Shown here: piece by piece, positions 34,330-43,711 of the stretch | Numbering within the stretch: position 1 is the first letter of the stretch | Layout: each line of letters opens with the position of its first letter | NCBI GenBank assembly: GCA_963848295.1 | Contig: CAWKDB010000011.1 | Location: 672,001 to 736,000 of the forward strand | Direction of reading: 5' to 3' | Origin: an uncultured delta proteobacterium | GTDB lineage: Bacteria; Myxococcota_A; Polyangia; Haliangiales; Haliangiaceae | DNA length: 64,000 nt | Translations under genes and position numbers: made by a program | The notes under the pieces: model-generated | Seen by the model: the letters and a program-made list of their open reading frames with translations, nothing else | The model's database searches: none | What the model was told of the DNA's origin: nothing

Positions 34330-35354
34330 CGATCGGGGACCGCGATCTTGCCCGCGATGATCTCGCCGCGGATCTGATTCGCGCGGCGCACGACGTCGGG
34401 CGGCAACAGCGCGCGGTTGCGATCGTCGGTGACGAACGCGACCCCGTCCTCGGCCAAGCCGAGCTCGCGCAGCCCGCCGTGGAATTTCCCCGCGATCACG
34501 TCGCGCACCTCTTGGACGACCGCGACATCGACCCGCTTGACCATGCTGGTCACGACGCAGCACGGCGCCATGTCGAACTGGTCGCTGTCGACGCCGATCG
34601 CCTTGGCACCGCGCTCGCGCGCCGCCGCGAACACGCCGTCGCCGGTCTTGCCCGCGGCGTGAAAGATCACGTCGGCGCCGTCGTCGTACTGCGCGGTCGC
34701 GAGCTCTTGGCCGAGCGTCGGATCGGAGAACGCCTTCGGCTCGCTGCCGGCGTACGCCGCGATCACGCGACACGCCGGACACACGTAGTGAACACCGGCG
34801 GTGTAGCCCGCCTCGAACTTGCGGATCAGCGGGATCCGCATGCCGCCGACGAACCCGACGACCTGCGTCTTCGTGATCATCGCGGCGATCGCGCCGACCA
34901 GGAAGCTGCCCTCTTGTTCGCGGAACCGCAGGCCGACCAGGTTCGGCGGGATCGTCACGCCTTCGGTCGGCGAGTAGTCGATCCCGGCGAACCGGACGTT
35001 CGGGAACTCGACCGCGAGCCGCTCGAGATCGCGCCCGAAGATGAACCCGACCCCGATCACGAGATCGAGGTGGCGGGCCGCGAGGGTGCGCAGCGCCGTG
35101 CCGCGGTCGGCGCCTTCGCTCGGCTCGATGAACTCGATCGAGACGCCGAGCTCGTCTCTCGCGCGCTGCAGGCCGCGCCACGCGGCCTCGTTGAACGACT
35201 TGTCGTTCTTGCCCCCGGTGTCGAACACCAGGCCGACGTGGATCCCTGACCTACCCGCGGTGGTCGCGACGCCATGGCCGGTCTTCAGTGCGGCCAACGC
35301 GACGTTGAGGACCACGAGTCCGACGATCAGCTGGTTCGGCCGCACGGACGTCAC
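34326..35354 (-). CDS. BMP-family ABC transporter substrate-binding protein
   Basis: GGKNDKSFN, FREQEGSFLVG, GADVIFHAAG, IGVDSDQ, SMVKRVD. Confidence 0.93.
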   Translation of the reverse strand: MTSVRPNQLIVGLVVLNVALAALKTGHGVATTAGRSGIHVGLVFDTGGKNDKSFNEAAWRGLQRARDELGVSIEFIEPSEGADRGTALRTLAARHLDLVIGVGFIFGRDLERLAVEFPNVRFAGIDYSPTEGVTIPPNLVGLRFREQEGSFLVGAIAAMITKTQVVGFVGGMRIPLIRKFEAGYTAGVHYVCPACRVIAAYAGSEPKAFSDPTLGQELATAQYDDGADVIFHAAGKTGDGVFAAARERGAKAIGVDSDQFDMAPCCVVTSMVKRVDVAVVQEVRDVIAGKFHGGLRELGLAEDGVAFVTDDRNRALLPPDVVRRANQIRGEIIAGKIAVPDR

Positions 35355-35379
35355 GCGGCGGACCGTAGCGCGAAACGCG

Positions 35380-36330
35380 TTACTGGATGACCGGGCCCGA
35401 ACAGTCCACGACGATGCTCGGGTCGAACGCGATCGACCACTTGAAGATGTACCCGTTGTCGATCGGCCACAAGTCCGTGACCGACAGCTCCCAATCGCCG
35501 TTGAGGGTCGAGCCGATCAGCGGCGCGAAGCCGCTCGACGCCTGGTAGTTACCCGCCGGGATGCCCGGGACGGTCTCGCCGCCGCCGCAGTACGGCTCAG
35601 CCGTCATCGGAGAGCCCGCGTTCGCGTAGCTGATCGGATCCGGGTTCGTCGCGGTCGGGGTGAAGCAGTACTCGGCGCCGACGCCCGGCACCGGGTCATC
35701 GTCGCTGTCGCAGTCGTTCGCCTGGCCGTAGTAGACCTCGCAGATCGAGTTCGGATCGTCGCCGCAGGTCTGACCTTGGAACTGCTGGAGCTTGACGACC
35801 TGGCCGGTCGGCGACGTCAGGTTGATCTCGAGATCGCGGATCCACGAGTGCTCCATCGTGATGCACACCTCTTGGATGTTCGAGACGTCGGTGAACGTCT
35901 GGGTCGGAGCGAAGCCGGTGAAGTTCAGCTTGGAGGTGTACGACTGGCGGCACTCGTAGCTGTCGCCCGCCGCGTCCATGTCGCCCGTGATGTCGTAGCA
36001 GCGCTGACCCGACGGGCAGCTCGTGGTGTCGTTCTCGCCCGTGCATTCGGTGCCGCCGACACCATCCGGCAGAGCGAGCGGCGATCCGAGCGGATGCTGG
36101 ACCTGGCCACACACCGGACACGATCCGACGCCGGAGCAATCGGGGTCGGCGCAGTCGACGAGACCATCGCAGTCGTTGTCGAGGCCGTCGTTGCAGTTCT
36201 CCGGCTGCGGATCGGCGGGACAGTTCGCGGCTTCGCCACCCGCATCGGCACCTTCACCACCTGGACGACCGGACGGGCCACATGCGGCGACGAACACGAG
36301 ACAGATGGAGAGGCTTAGGATCGAGCGCAT
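35380..36330 (-). CDS. Cys-rich lipoprotein with proprotein convertase P-domain-like region
   Basis: Lipobox VAAC; ENCNDGLDNDCDGLVDCADPDC repeat; EHSWIRDLEINLTSP and NGDWELSVTD...DNGYI P-domain motifs. Confidence 0.8.
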   Translation of the reverse strand: MRSILSLSICLVFVAACGPSGRPGGEGADAGGEAANCPADPQPENCNDGLDNDCDGLVDCADPDCSGVGSCPVCGQVQHPLGSPLALPDGVGGTECTGENDTTSCPSGQRCYDITGDMDAAGDSYECRQSYTSKLNFTGFAPTQTFTDVSNIQEVCITMEHSWIRDLEINLTSPTGQVVKLQQFQGQTCGDDPNSICEVYYGQANDCDSDDDPVPGVGAEYCFTPTATNPDPISYANAGSPMTAEPYCGGGETVPGIPAGNYQASSGFAPLIGSTLNGDWELSVTDLWPIDNGYIFKWSIAFDPSIVVDCSGPVIQ

Positions 36331-36495
36331 GCGGTCTCCTACAGGTGGGTGGACGCCGCGCACATTACATTGTGTGGAATTGGGTTCAAGCGAAAAAAGC
36401 TGACCCATCCCTTTGGTTTGGGGGAGGCGTGCTTAGGCTGTGTGCTAGGTTACTGCGGGTTCTTTAGCTGCCAACAGCGGGCATCAGGAGTGCGC

Positions 36496-37539
36496 ATGGG
36501 AATCATCAGTTTCATCAAAGGTGGGACTCAGCAGTTAGCGATCGCGAGGCCGGACTCGGCCAAGGACTACTGGGTCTACAAGCACCCAGATCAGAACATC
36601 CCGAGCCATGCGCAGCTGACCGTCGACTCGGACGAGGTCGCGCTGTTCTTCAAGGACGGCAAGTTCGTCGGCAGCCTCGCCGCCGGCCGCCACACGTTGG
36701 ACGGCGCGAGCATCCCGTTCTTGGGCCTGCTCGTCGACAAGATCACGGGCGGCAACGTCTTCATCTGCGAGGTCTTCTTCGTCACCACGCGCGAGCTCCC
36801 GTCGATCAAGTTCGGCACCTCGATCGGCGACATCCAGGATCCGCAGACCCAGCTGCGCGTGCGGCTGATGGTCTACGGCGAATTCTCCGCGAAGGTGATC
36901 GATCCGCCGAAGTTCGTGATCGGCATCGTCGGTCAGCGCGCGACCGACAACGACGCATTCCTCGGCTGGTTCAAGAGCCAGGTCCAAAAGACGATGAAGG
37001 ACGGCATCGCCGAGCTGATCGTCAAGCAGAACTGGCCGCTGATGAAGGTCACCTCGGGCGCATACACCGAGGAGATCGAGACCAGCACGCTCGCGAATGT
37101 CCGCAAGAACATCGAGCCGTACGGCGTCGAGATCATGCGGTTCGGCGACTTCTCGGTGACGATGGATCCGAACGACAAGGAGCGGCTCGACAAGCTCGTC
37201 GATCGGATGGCGTACGTCGCGGGCATGGGCTCGGCGCCGGGCGGCATGGCCGCGTACCAGCAGCTCGCACAGGCCGAGATGATGATGGGCGCCGCCGAAG
37301 GCTTGAAGACCGGCGACGGCGGCGGTGGTGCCTTGCAGGGCGCGGGCATCGGCATGGGCTTCGCGATGGCCGGCCAGATGGCGAACGCGATGGGCGGATC
37401 GCAGGTCAGGCCGGCGGCGCCCGAGAGCAAGGACCAGATCATGGCGACGCTCAAGCAGCTCGGCGAGCTCAAGGCCTCCGGCGTGCTGACCGACGCGGAG
37501 TTCGACGCGAAGAAGAAAGAGTTGCTTGCCAAGCTCTGA
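36496..37539 (+). CDS. SPFH (band 7-like, YdjI type) domain protein with C-terminal SHOCT
   Basis: QLTVDSDEVALFFKDG...AGRHTL, KFGT; C-terminal LKQLGELKASGVLTDAEFDAKKKELL; AGGAG RBS. Confidence 0.88.
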   Translation: MGIISFIKGGTQQLAIARPDSAKDYWVYKHPDQNIPSHAQLTVDSDEVALFFKDGKFVGSLAAGRHTLDGASIPFLGLLVDKITGGNVFICEVFFVTTRELPSIKFGTSIGDIQDPQTQLRVRLMVYGEFSAKVIDPPKFVIGIVGQRATDNDAFLGWFKSQVQKTMKDGIAELIVKQNWPLMKVTSGAYTEEIETSTLANVRKNIEPYGVEIMRFGDFSVTMDPNDKERLDKLVDRMAYVAGMGSAPGGMAAYQQLAQAEMMMGAAEGLKTGDGGGGALQGAGIGMGFAMAGQMANAMGGSQVRPAAPESKDQIMATLKQLGELKASGVLTDAEFDAKKKELLAKL

Positions 37540-37577
37540 CCGGCCGAGCGAGGCAAGGCTGGCGCATGCCAGCCGCG

Positions 37578-37599
37578 CAGCAGCGCCGAAGGCGGTGCG
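37578..37599. repeat. Degenerate copy of the argS-type palindromic REP-like unit
   Basis: cagcagcgccgaaggcggtgcg versus cagcaccgccgaagggcggtgcg; adjacent hairpin ggctggc-gcat-gccagcc. Confidence 0.55.
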
Positions 37600-37606
37600 C
37601 AGGTAA

Positions 37607-38320
37607 ATGGACAACCGCGCGTACTACGACGACTTCGCGGGCTGGTACGAGCGCGACCGCCACCTGCCTTATCACCGGATGCTCGACGATCTCGAAGTCG
37701 AGCTGGTCGAGCGCTATGCGACCGGCAAGGACGCGCTCGAGGTCGGCTGCGGCACGGGCCTCATCCTCGATCGCGTCGCGGCCTTCGCGCGCGGCGCCGC
37801 CGGGATCGATCTCTCGGCCGGCATGCTCGCGCGAGCGGCGCGTCGCGGCTTGGCCGTGGCGCAGGCCTCGGCGACCGAGCTGCCGATCGCGAGCGCGTCG
37901 GTCGACGTCGCGTACTCGTTCAAGGTGCTCGCGCATATTCCGGACATCGTGGGCGCGCTGCGCGAGATGACGCGCGTCGTCCGACCGGGCGGCTACGTGC
38001 TCGCCGAGTTCTACAACGCGCGTTCGATCCGCCGGCTGGTCAAGGCGATGAAGCCGCCGACCGCGATCTCCGAGCAGGCCAATGACGAGCACGTCTACAC
38101 CCGCTACGACGATGCGCGCGCGATCCGCAGCTATCTACCTCCCGACCTCGAGTGGGTCGCGACTCGCGGCATCCGCGTGATCACGCCGACCGCGGCGATG
38201 TTGCGCGTGCCGGTGCTGGGCGCCGCGATGCGCTGGGCCGAGCACCAGCTCGCCGACCTACCGGGCGCCCGCGATGTCGGCGGCTTCCTCGTCGCGGTCT
38301 GTCGCAAGCGCTCCGTCTGA
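37607..38320 (+). CDS. Class I SAM-dependent methyltransferase
   Basis: LEVGCGTG, GIDLSAGML, ELP...VDVAYS, RVVRPGG. Confidence 0.92.
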   Translation: MDNRAYYDDFAGWYERDRHLPYHRMLDDLEVELVERYATGKDALEVGCGTGLILDRVAAFARGAAGIDLSAGMLARAARRGLAVAQASATELPIASASVDVAYSFKVLAHIPDIVGALREMTRVVRPGGYVLAEFYNARSIRRLVKAMKPPTAISEQANDEHVYTRYDDARAIRSYLPPDLEWVATRGIRVITPTAAMLRVPVLGAAMRWAEHQLADLPGARDVGGFLVAVCRKRSV

Positions 38321-38328
38321 TCTCGCCC

Positions 38329-40092
38329 TCAGTCGTGCGGCGCGACGCGCTTCGCGATCGCATCGAGCTCCGCTGCCTCGTCGGTGCGACCTTGCTCGCG
38401 GAGATCCTGCGCGAGGATCAGCCAACCGCGCAGCAAGCGGTTGTGCGCGATCGTCGGATATCCGTCGCGCGGACCCGGGACCGGCTCGTCGATCTCGAAC
38501 TGCGCGAGGAGCGCGCGGTTCTGCGCGATGATGTCATCGAGCGACGGCGGCGGATCACTCGGGGCGGCGATGCGAAACACTTCCCCGTATGGATAGCTCG
38601 GGAACGTCTCGAGCACGGTGCCAAACAAGATATCGGCGAACACCGGCCGCCTCGCCTGCAAGAGCCGGCCGACCAGCGCTACGATGGGCTCGTGCGCAGC
38701 GATCGCGAGGCCGCGCGCGGCGATCCGATCGCGATACCACGGGCGCGACAGCATCGGCACCGCGAGCACGACGACGTCGGGACGAATGCCGAGCACGTCT
38801 TGCACGTAGGTCGAGCCGAAGCCTTGTTCGTCCGAGGCGACGAGGACGACCGCGTCCTTCGGCAGCGATCGCACGAGATTCACGATGCCGTTCTCGACCG
38901 CCGGGGAGTCGATCGCCGCGACCTGCGGCAGCGCGAGCGCGCCGAGCACGCCGACCGCGGCGATCGCGGCGACCTCGGCGATCCACAGCGGCAGATCGAT
39001 CGCGCGCGACGCGAGCTCGCCGACGCGATCGAACCCGAGTGCGACCGCGGGCACGAGCAGGAGCAACGGCAGGAGATGAAAGCGCTGGCACACCAGCGCC
39101 GTCACCGGCAGGTCCGGAAGATCGAAGCGCGACGCGAGCAACGGCCCTGCGAGCGCGAACGACAGCGCGAGCATCCACCAACCGGTTCTCGGCTCGGCGT
39201 GCTCTGGCGCGCGCCGCAGGCACCGCACCACGAGTGCGGCGACACCGATCGCGAGCGGCAGCCACAGCCAACCGCGAGCAAGCGAGCTCGCGAGCTGCGA
39301 GAGCCCGCGCGCGACATCGGCGTGGCCGTGGCCGGTCGCCGAGAACGCGCCGAGGCCGCCGTACTCGCGGCGCGTGACCGACGCGACGAGCCCATCGAAG
39401 CCGCGCACGACGCCCCACGACGCGGGGGAATCCGGCGCGATCAGCAGATACGCGTACGGCGCGAGGCCGAGCACGAACGCACCTGCCGCCGCCGCGATCG
39501 CGAGGCCACGGCGATCGGCTTCGCGGATGCCTCGCACCACGCCGAGCAAGCCGACCGGCGCGACGAGCACGCACGTGAGGTGGTCGCACAGGCCCAGCCC
39601 GGCGACGAGCGAGAGCAGCACCGCGCGCCGCACGCCTCGCACCGGACCACCGGCCGCGGCGAGCCACAATACGGTCGCGACGACGAGGTCGTCGAGCGCG
39701 AACACCTCGGCCTCGGTCGTGACGTGCAAGACGACCGGCGCGGTCGCGAAGATCGCAGCTGCGAGCGACGCCGACGCAGGTCGCGCGCCCCACGCGATCG
39801 CCGCGGCGCGGATCACGACGACCGAGGCGACGCCGAGCATCGCGGTCGCGAGCGCGGCGGCGTGCGCCGGGCTGTGCACCGGCAGCCACGACCACGCGCG
39901 CAGCCACAGCACGTAGAGCGGATAGCCCGAGGGATGCGCGGCGCCGCCGAGCTGCGCGAGCGCGGAGAACTCCGCGTTGTCGCCGTCGACGATCACGTCG
40001 GGCGCGACCGCGAAGTACAGCACCGCGACCGCGACGCCGAGCAGCCAGCCGCGATCGAGCGCGCGGCGGACGACGGCGAGCCACGACGACAT
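38329..40092 (-). CDS. DUF2723 / TMEM260-like GT-C membrane glycosyltransferase
   Basis: VDGDNAEF...LGGAAHPSGYPLY, EAEVFAL, GLGLCDH; multi-TM; periplasmic C-terminal domain. Confidence 0.82.
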   Translation of the reverse strand: MSSWLAVVRRALDRGWLLGVAVAVLYFAVAPDVIVDGDNAEFSALAQLGGAAHPSGYPLYVLWLRAWSWLPVHSPAHAAALATAMLGVASVVVIRAAAIAWGARPASASLAAAIFATAPVVLHVTTEAEVFALDDLVVATVLWLAAAGGPVRGVRRAVLLSLVAGLGLCDHLTCVLVAPVGLLGVVRGIREADRRGLAIAAAAGAFVLGLAPYAYLLIAPDSPASWGVVRGFDGLVASVTRREYGGLGAFSATGHGHADVARGLSQLASSLARGWLWLPLAIGVAALVVRCLRRAPEHAEPRTGWWMLALSFALAGPLLASRFDLPDLPVTALVCQRFHLLPLLLLVPAVALGFDRVGELASRAIDLPLWIAEVAAIAAVGVLGALALPQVAAIDSPAVENGIVNLVRSLPKDAVVLVASDEQGFGSTYVQDVLGIRPDVVVLAVPMLSRPWYRDRIAARGLAIAAHEPIVALVGRLLQARRPVFADILFGTVLETFPSYPYGEVFRIAAPSDPPPSLDDIIAQNRALLAQFEIDEPVPGPRDGYPTIAHNRLLRGWLILAQDLREQGRTDEAAELDAIAKRVAPHD

Positions 40093-40124
40093 GGCGCGAT
40101 ACTCGCCCGCGCCGGCCCGATCCG

Positions 40125-41963
40125 TCACGGCAGCGAGCGCTCGATCTCGCGCACGCGCGGCGCGAGCGCCGGATCCGCGGACGCGGCATCGAGATGCACC
40201 TTCGCATCGGCGGTGCGGCCGAGCGCGAGCAGCGCGAGCGCGAGGTTGAAGCGGTTCGCGAGGTTGTCGGGCTCGAGCCCGTTCGCGACCTCGAACGCGG
40301 CGAGCGCCTCGGCGGGCGCGTGCGCGGCGAGCGCGATCTTGCCGTGCAAGCGCTGGCCATTGACGTAGTCCGGCGCCGCCGCGGTCGCGCGCCGTGCCCA
40401 CGCGAGGGCCTCGGCGTTGCCGCCTTGATTCGACAGCCACAGCGCGAGATCGGACATCGCGCGGTAGTCGCCGCCGTCGGCGGCCGCGCGCATCTCGACG
40501 AGCGCGCGCACGGGCTCACCGCGCTCGGCCAACAACAACGCGTAGCGATGGCGCAGCCGCGGCGACGTGGTCTCGCCCAAGCCGTGCTCGGTCGCGGCGA
40601 AGGCGGCGGCCGAGTCGCCGGCCTCGTCGAGCGTCTCGGCGTAGTTGCTCCACGCATCGCCGTCGGCGGGATCCGAGTCGACCGCACGCGCCCATAGCGA
40701 GCGCGCGTCCGACCACTGCGCTTGCGCGTCGAGTGTTCGCACACCCGCAGCCAAGACAATCACGCCGATCAACGCGGCTCGCATCCGCTTGTCCGGGATC
40801 CGGACAAGCCCGCAAGCGGCGAGCAGCGCGAGCCCGAGCGACGGCACGAGCAGGTAGCGATCGGCGACCAGCACCATCTGGAGCGGCAGGATCGCCTGGC
40901 TGAACGGCAGATATGTGACGAGCCAGAACGCGGCGCCCGCGCGAAGCTCGGCAGGAGGTCTCCACCGGCCCAGCCGCGGTGCGAACGCGATCGCACCAAG
41001 CGCGACAAAGCCGACTGCGCCGAGCGCGAGATCGCCCGGGCCCGGGCCGGTGCTCGCGATCGGATACGACACCGCGGCGCGCACCGCGAGCGCGACGTCA
41101 CGCAGGTAGAAGCCGTGGACGCCGAGCACGGTCGCGATCCGCCCGGCCGGCGATTGCAGCTCGGTGCCGACCACCGCCGATCGGGTCGCGAGATAGACCA
41201 CCGGCGCGAACGCGGCGGCGGCGACGACCGCGATCGCAGCGAGCGCGCCGAGGCTGCGCCGCCACGCGATCCGTTTCGCCGGCAACGCGAGCTCGAGCGC
41301 CGCGAGCGCCGCGACCCCGAACGCACTCGGCGCCTTGCTCCAGATCGCGAACACCGCGCTGATCATCGCGAGCGCGAGGTACCGGGCGCGACCTCCGCTG
41401 CGATAGGTCGCGAAGCCGAGCGCGCACACGCCGAGCCAAAACGCGGCGAGCACGCCCTTGCGCTCGGCGAGCCACGCGACCGACTCGGCGTGACTCGGGG
41501 CGACCGCCCACAACAGCACCGCGATGCCGGCGAGCGTGCGATCGATGCCGAACCGCGTCAGCGCCGCGAACCACACGCCGATCGCGGCGACGTACAGCGC
41601 GACGTTGGTCACGTGATGACCGCCGAACCAATCGCCCCACACCGCGAAGTCGGCCATCACCGAGAGATCGCGCACCGGCAGATACTCGGGCGTCAGGACG
41701 AACCGCTTCGGCGAGCTGAGATCGAACAGGATCGTCCGGATCGCATCGCCCGACGCGTGGTGGACGATCCAGTTATCGCGCACCAGCCACGCATCGTCGT
41801 AGCCCACGATGCCGTAGCTCAGCGTCGCGGCGTACAGCGCGACCGCGAGCGCGATCGCGAGCAGGCACAGCGCGAGCCCGGGGTCGGCGCGCAGCCGAGC
41901 GAGCACACCGCGCTGCCGTTCGGCAGCGCTGCCGGCCGGGAGGGAATCCCGGCCGCCGGTCAT
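40125..41963 (-). CDS. TMTC-like GT-C glycosyltransferase with C-terminal TPRs
   Basis: YDDAWLVRDN, EYLPVRDLS, HAESVAWLAERK, SK, ADRYLLVPSLG, W.D..SLW..AV...P, then TPRs; ATG 41963. Confidence 0.8.
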   Translation of the reverse strand: MTGGRDSLPAGSAAERQRGVLARLRADPGLALCLLAIALAVALYAATLSYGIVGYDDAWLVRDNWIVHHASGDAIRTILFDLSSPKRFVLTPEYLPVRDLSVMADFAVWGDWFGGHHVTNVALYVAAIGVWFAALTRFGIDRTLAGIAVLLWAVAPSHAESVAWLAERKGVLAAFWLGVCALGFATYRSGGRARYLALAMISAVFAIWSKAPSAFGVAALAALELALPAKRIAWRRSLGALAAIAVVAAAAFAPVVYLATRSAVVGTELQSPAGRIATVLGVHGFYLRDVALAVRAAVSYPIASTGPGPGDLALGAVGFVALGAIAFAPRLGRWRPPAELRAGAAFWLVTYLPFSQAILPLQMVLVADRYLLVPSLGLALLAACGLVRIPDKRMRAALIGVIVLAAGVRTLDAQAQWSDARSLWARAVDSDPADGDAWSNYAETLDEAGDSAAAFAATEHGLGETTSPRLRHRYALLLAERGEPVRALVEMRAAADGGDYRAMSDLALWLSNQGGNAEALAWARRATAAAPDYVNGQRLHGKIALAAHAPAEALAAFEVANGLEPDNLANRFNLALALLALGRTADAKVHLDAASADPALAPRVREIERSLP

Positions 41964-43711
41964 GGCGCCGGTCCGAGGTCGCGCGCGGTCTGGTACGCGG
42001 CAGCGGATCGCTCGGGATCGATCGACTGCAGCGCGTGGCCGAGCGCCTGCCAGGCCTGGGCGTACCGCTGATGGACGAGCGTCGCCCATTCGTCGTCGGG
42101 GCCCGGCCGCGCATACGCGAGATCGAAGCCGGCGAATAACGCGCGGTTCTCGATCTCGGCGTCGCTGACGGTCATCGCCGCGCCTTCGCTCGTGACGTGC
42201 ATCAGCGTGCCGAACGGATACGCGGGCAGCGCGCGCAGCACGTCCCGCTCGCCCGGATCGATGAACACCGGCCGGCCGGTCGCGAGCAAGTGGCGGACGA
42301 GACGGAGCTCGGCCGGCTCGGGGCCCGCCTCCGCGACGCAGCCGCGCTCGGCGACGCGATGGCGGTACCACGGCAACGACATCATCCCCCACGCGACGAT
42401 CGTGACGTCTTGCCGCTCGCCGAGCGCGTACTGCAAGTAGCCCCACGAAAATACGAACGCGTCGACCGCGTCGATCACGACCGCGTCGTGCGGCAGCGCG
42501 CGCAGCATGTTCCGCGCGTGGGCCTCGAGCGCGTCGGTGTGAACCCGTTGGACGTACGACAGCGAGCCGCCGGCGCACGCGAGAAACCCGAGCGTCGCCG
42601 CGATCGGCGCCGCCGGGCGTCGCCACGCGCGCACGCGCTCGGGCAGCCAGCGAGCGAGCTCGGTGAACGCGACCGCGACCGGAATCGCGAGCAGCAACGT
42701 CGGCAACACGTGGAACCGGCGCACGATGTAGAGGCCGATCGCCTCGGGCGCGGCGTTGAACTGCGACATCAGCACGGGCCCTGCGAGCAACCACGACACC
42801 GCGAGCATGCCCCACGCCCAGCGATCGCGCGTGTTCGGGCGCGGCGCCGCGATCCGCCAACCGAGCAGGCCGAGCGCGAGCGCGACCGGCAGCCACAGCC
42901 ACGCGCGGCCGATGGTCCTCAGCATCGCGACGATCGAGTCGCCGATCGCGGCTTGCGCGCCGTGCGCGACGAGCGTGCTCGTACCGTAGTCGGCGCGGGT
43001 CGCGAGGTGCAGCAGATCGCCGAGGTCGTGGACCTTGCCCCACGACAGCGGGGTCTCGGGCGTCGCGAACGCGTAGAGGTAGGGCGCGAGGCCGATCACC
43101 AACCCGGCCGCCGCGAGCGCGATCGCGACGAGCTTGCGACCGCTCGTCTCGCGCACGCCGCACACCACGCCGTAGATCCCGACCGGAGCGACGAGCGCGC
43201 ACGTCAGGTGATTCGCGAGCCCCAAGCCGGCGACCAGGCCGAGCGCGGCGGTGCGCTTCGCGCCTCGCACGGAGCCGTCGGGCGCCGCGAGCCACAGCAC
43301 GGCCGCGACGATCAAGTTGTTGAGCGCGAACACCTCGGCTTCGGTCGCGAGTCGCATCACGACCGGCGCCGCCGCGAACATCGCGCACGCGATCGTCGCC
43401 GCGAGTGGCTTCGCGCCCCACGCCCGACATGCCGCATGCAGCATGACGACGGCCGCCGCGCCGATCGCGGTGGTCACGAGCGCCGCCGCGTGCGCCGGGC
43501 TCGCGGCCGGCAACCACGACAGCGCGCGCAGGATCAGCAAGTACAGCGGATAGCCCGACGGGTGCGCGATGCCGCCGATCGTGCCGAGCGTCGAGAGCTC
43601 GGCGTTGTCGCCGTCGACGACGTGGGTCGGCGCGAGCCACGCATAGACGACGAGCACGACGACGCCGAGCAAGCCGCCGCGATCGATCATCAGCTCGCGC
43701 AGGCGCTTCAC
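41960..43711 (-). CDS. DUF2723 / TMEM260-like GT-C membrane glycosyltransferase
   Basis: VDGDNAEL...GGIAHPSGYPLY, EAEVFALN, GLGLANH; coupled to neighbours. Confidence 0.82.
   Translation of the reverse strand: MKRLRELMIDRGGLLGVVVLVVYAWLAPTHVVDGDNAELSTLGTIGGIAHPSGYPLYLLILRALSWLPAASPAHAAALVTTAIGAAAVVMLHAACRAWGAKPLAATIACAMFAAAPVVMRLATEAEVFALNNLIVAAVLWLAAPDGSVRGAKRTAALGLVAGLGLANHLTCALVAPVGIYGVVCGVRETSGRKLVAIALAAAGLVIGLAPYLYAFATPETPLSWGKVHDLGDLLHLATRADYGTSTLVAHGAQAAIGDSIVAMLRTIGRAWLWLPVALALGLLGWRIAAPRPNTRDRWAWGMLAVSWLLAGPVLMSQFNAAPEAIGLYIVRRFHVLPTLLLAIPVAVAFTELARWLPERVRAWRRPAAPIAATLGFLACAGGSLSYVQRVHTDALEAHARNMLRALPHDAVVIDAVDAFVFSWGYLQYALGERQDVTIVAWGMMSLPWYRHRVAERGCVAEAGPEPAELRLVRHLLATGRPVFIDPGERDVLRALPAYPFGTLMHVTSEGAAMTVSDAEIENRALFAGFDLAYARPGPDDEWATLVHQRYAQAWQALGHALQSIDPERSAAAYQTARDLGPAP

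Noticed and set aside
40125..43640. Single 1171-aa protein as given in the ORF track
   Set aside because: The first ~560 aa are a shadow frame over the DUF2723 gene; the real TMTC-like gene starts at ATG 41963, overlapping the upstream stop.
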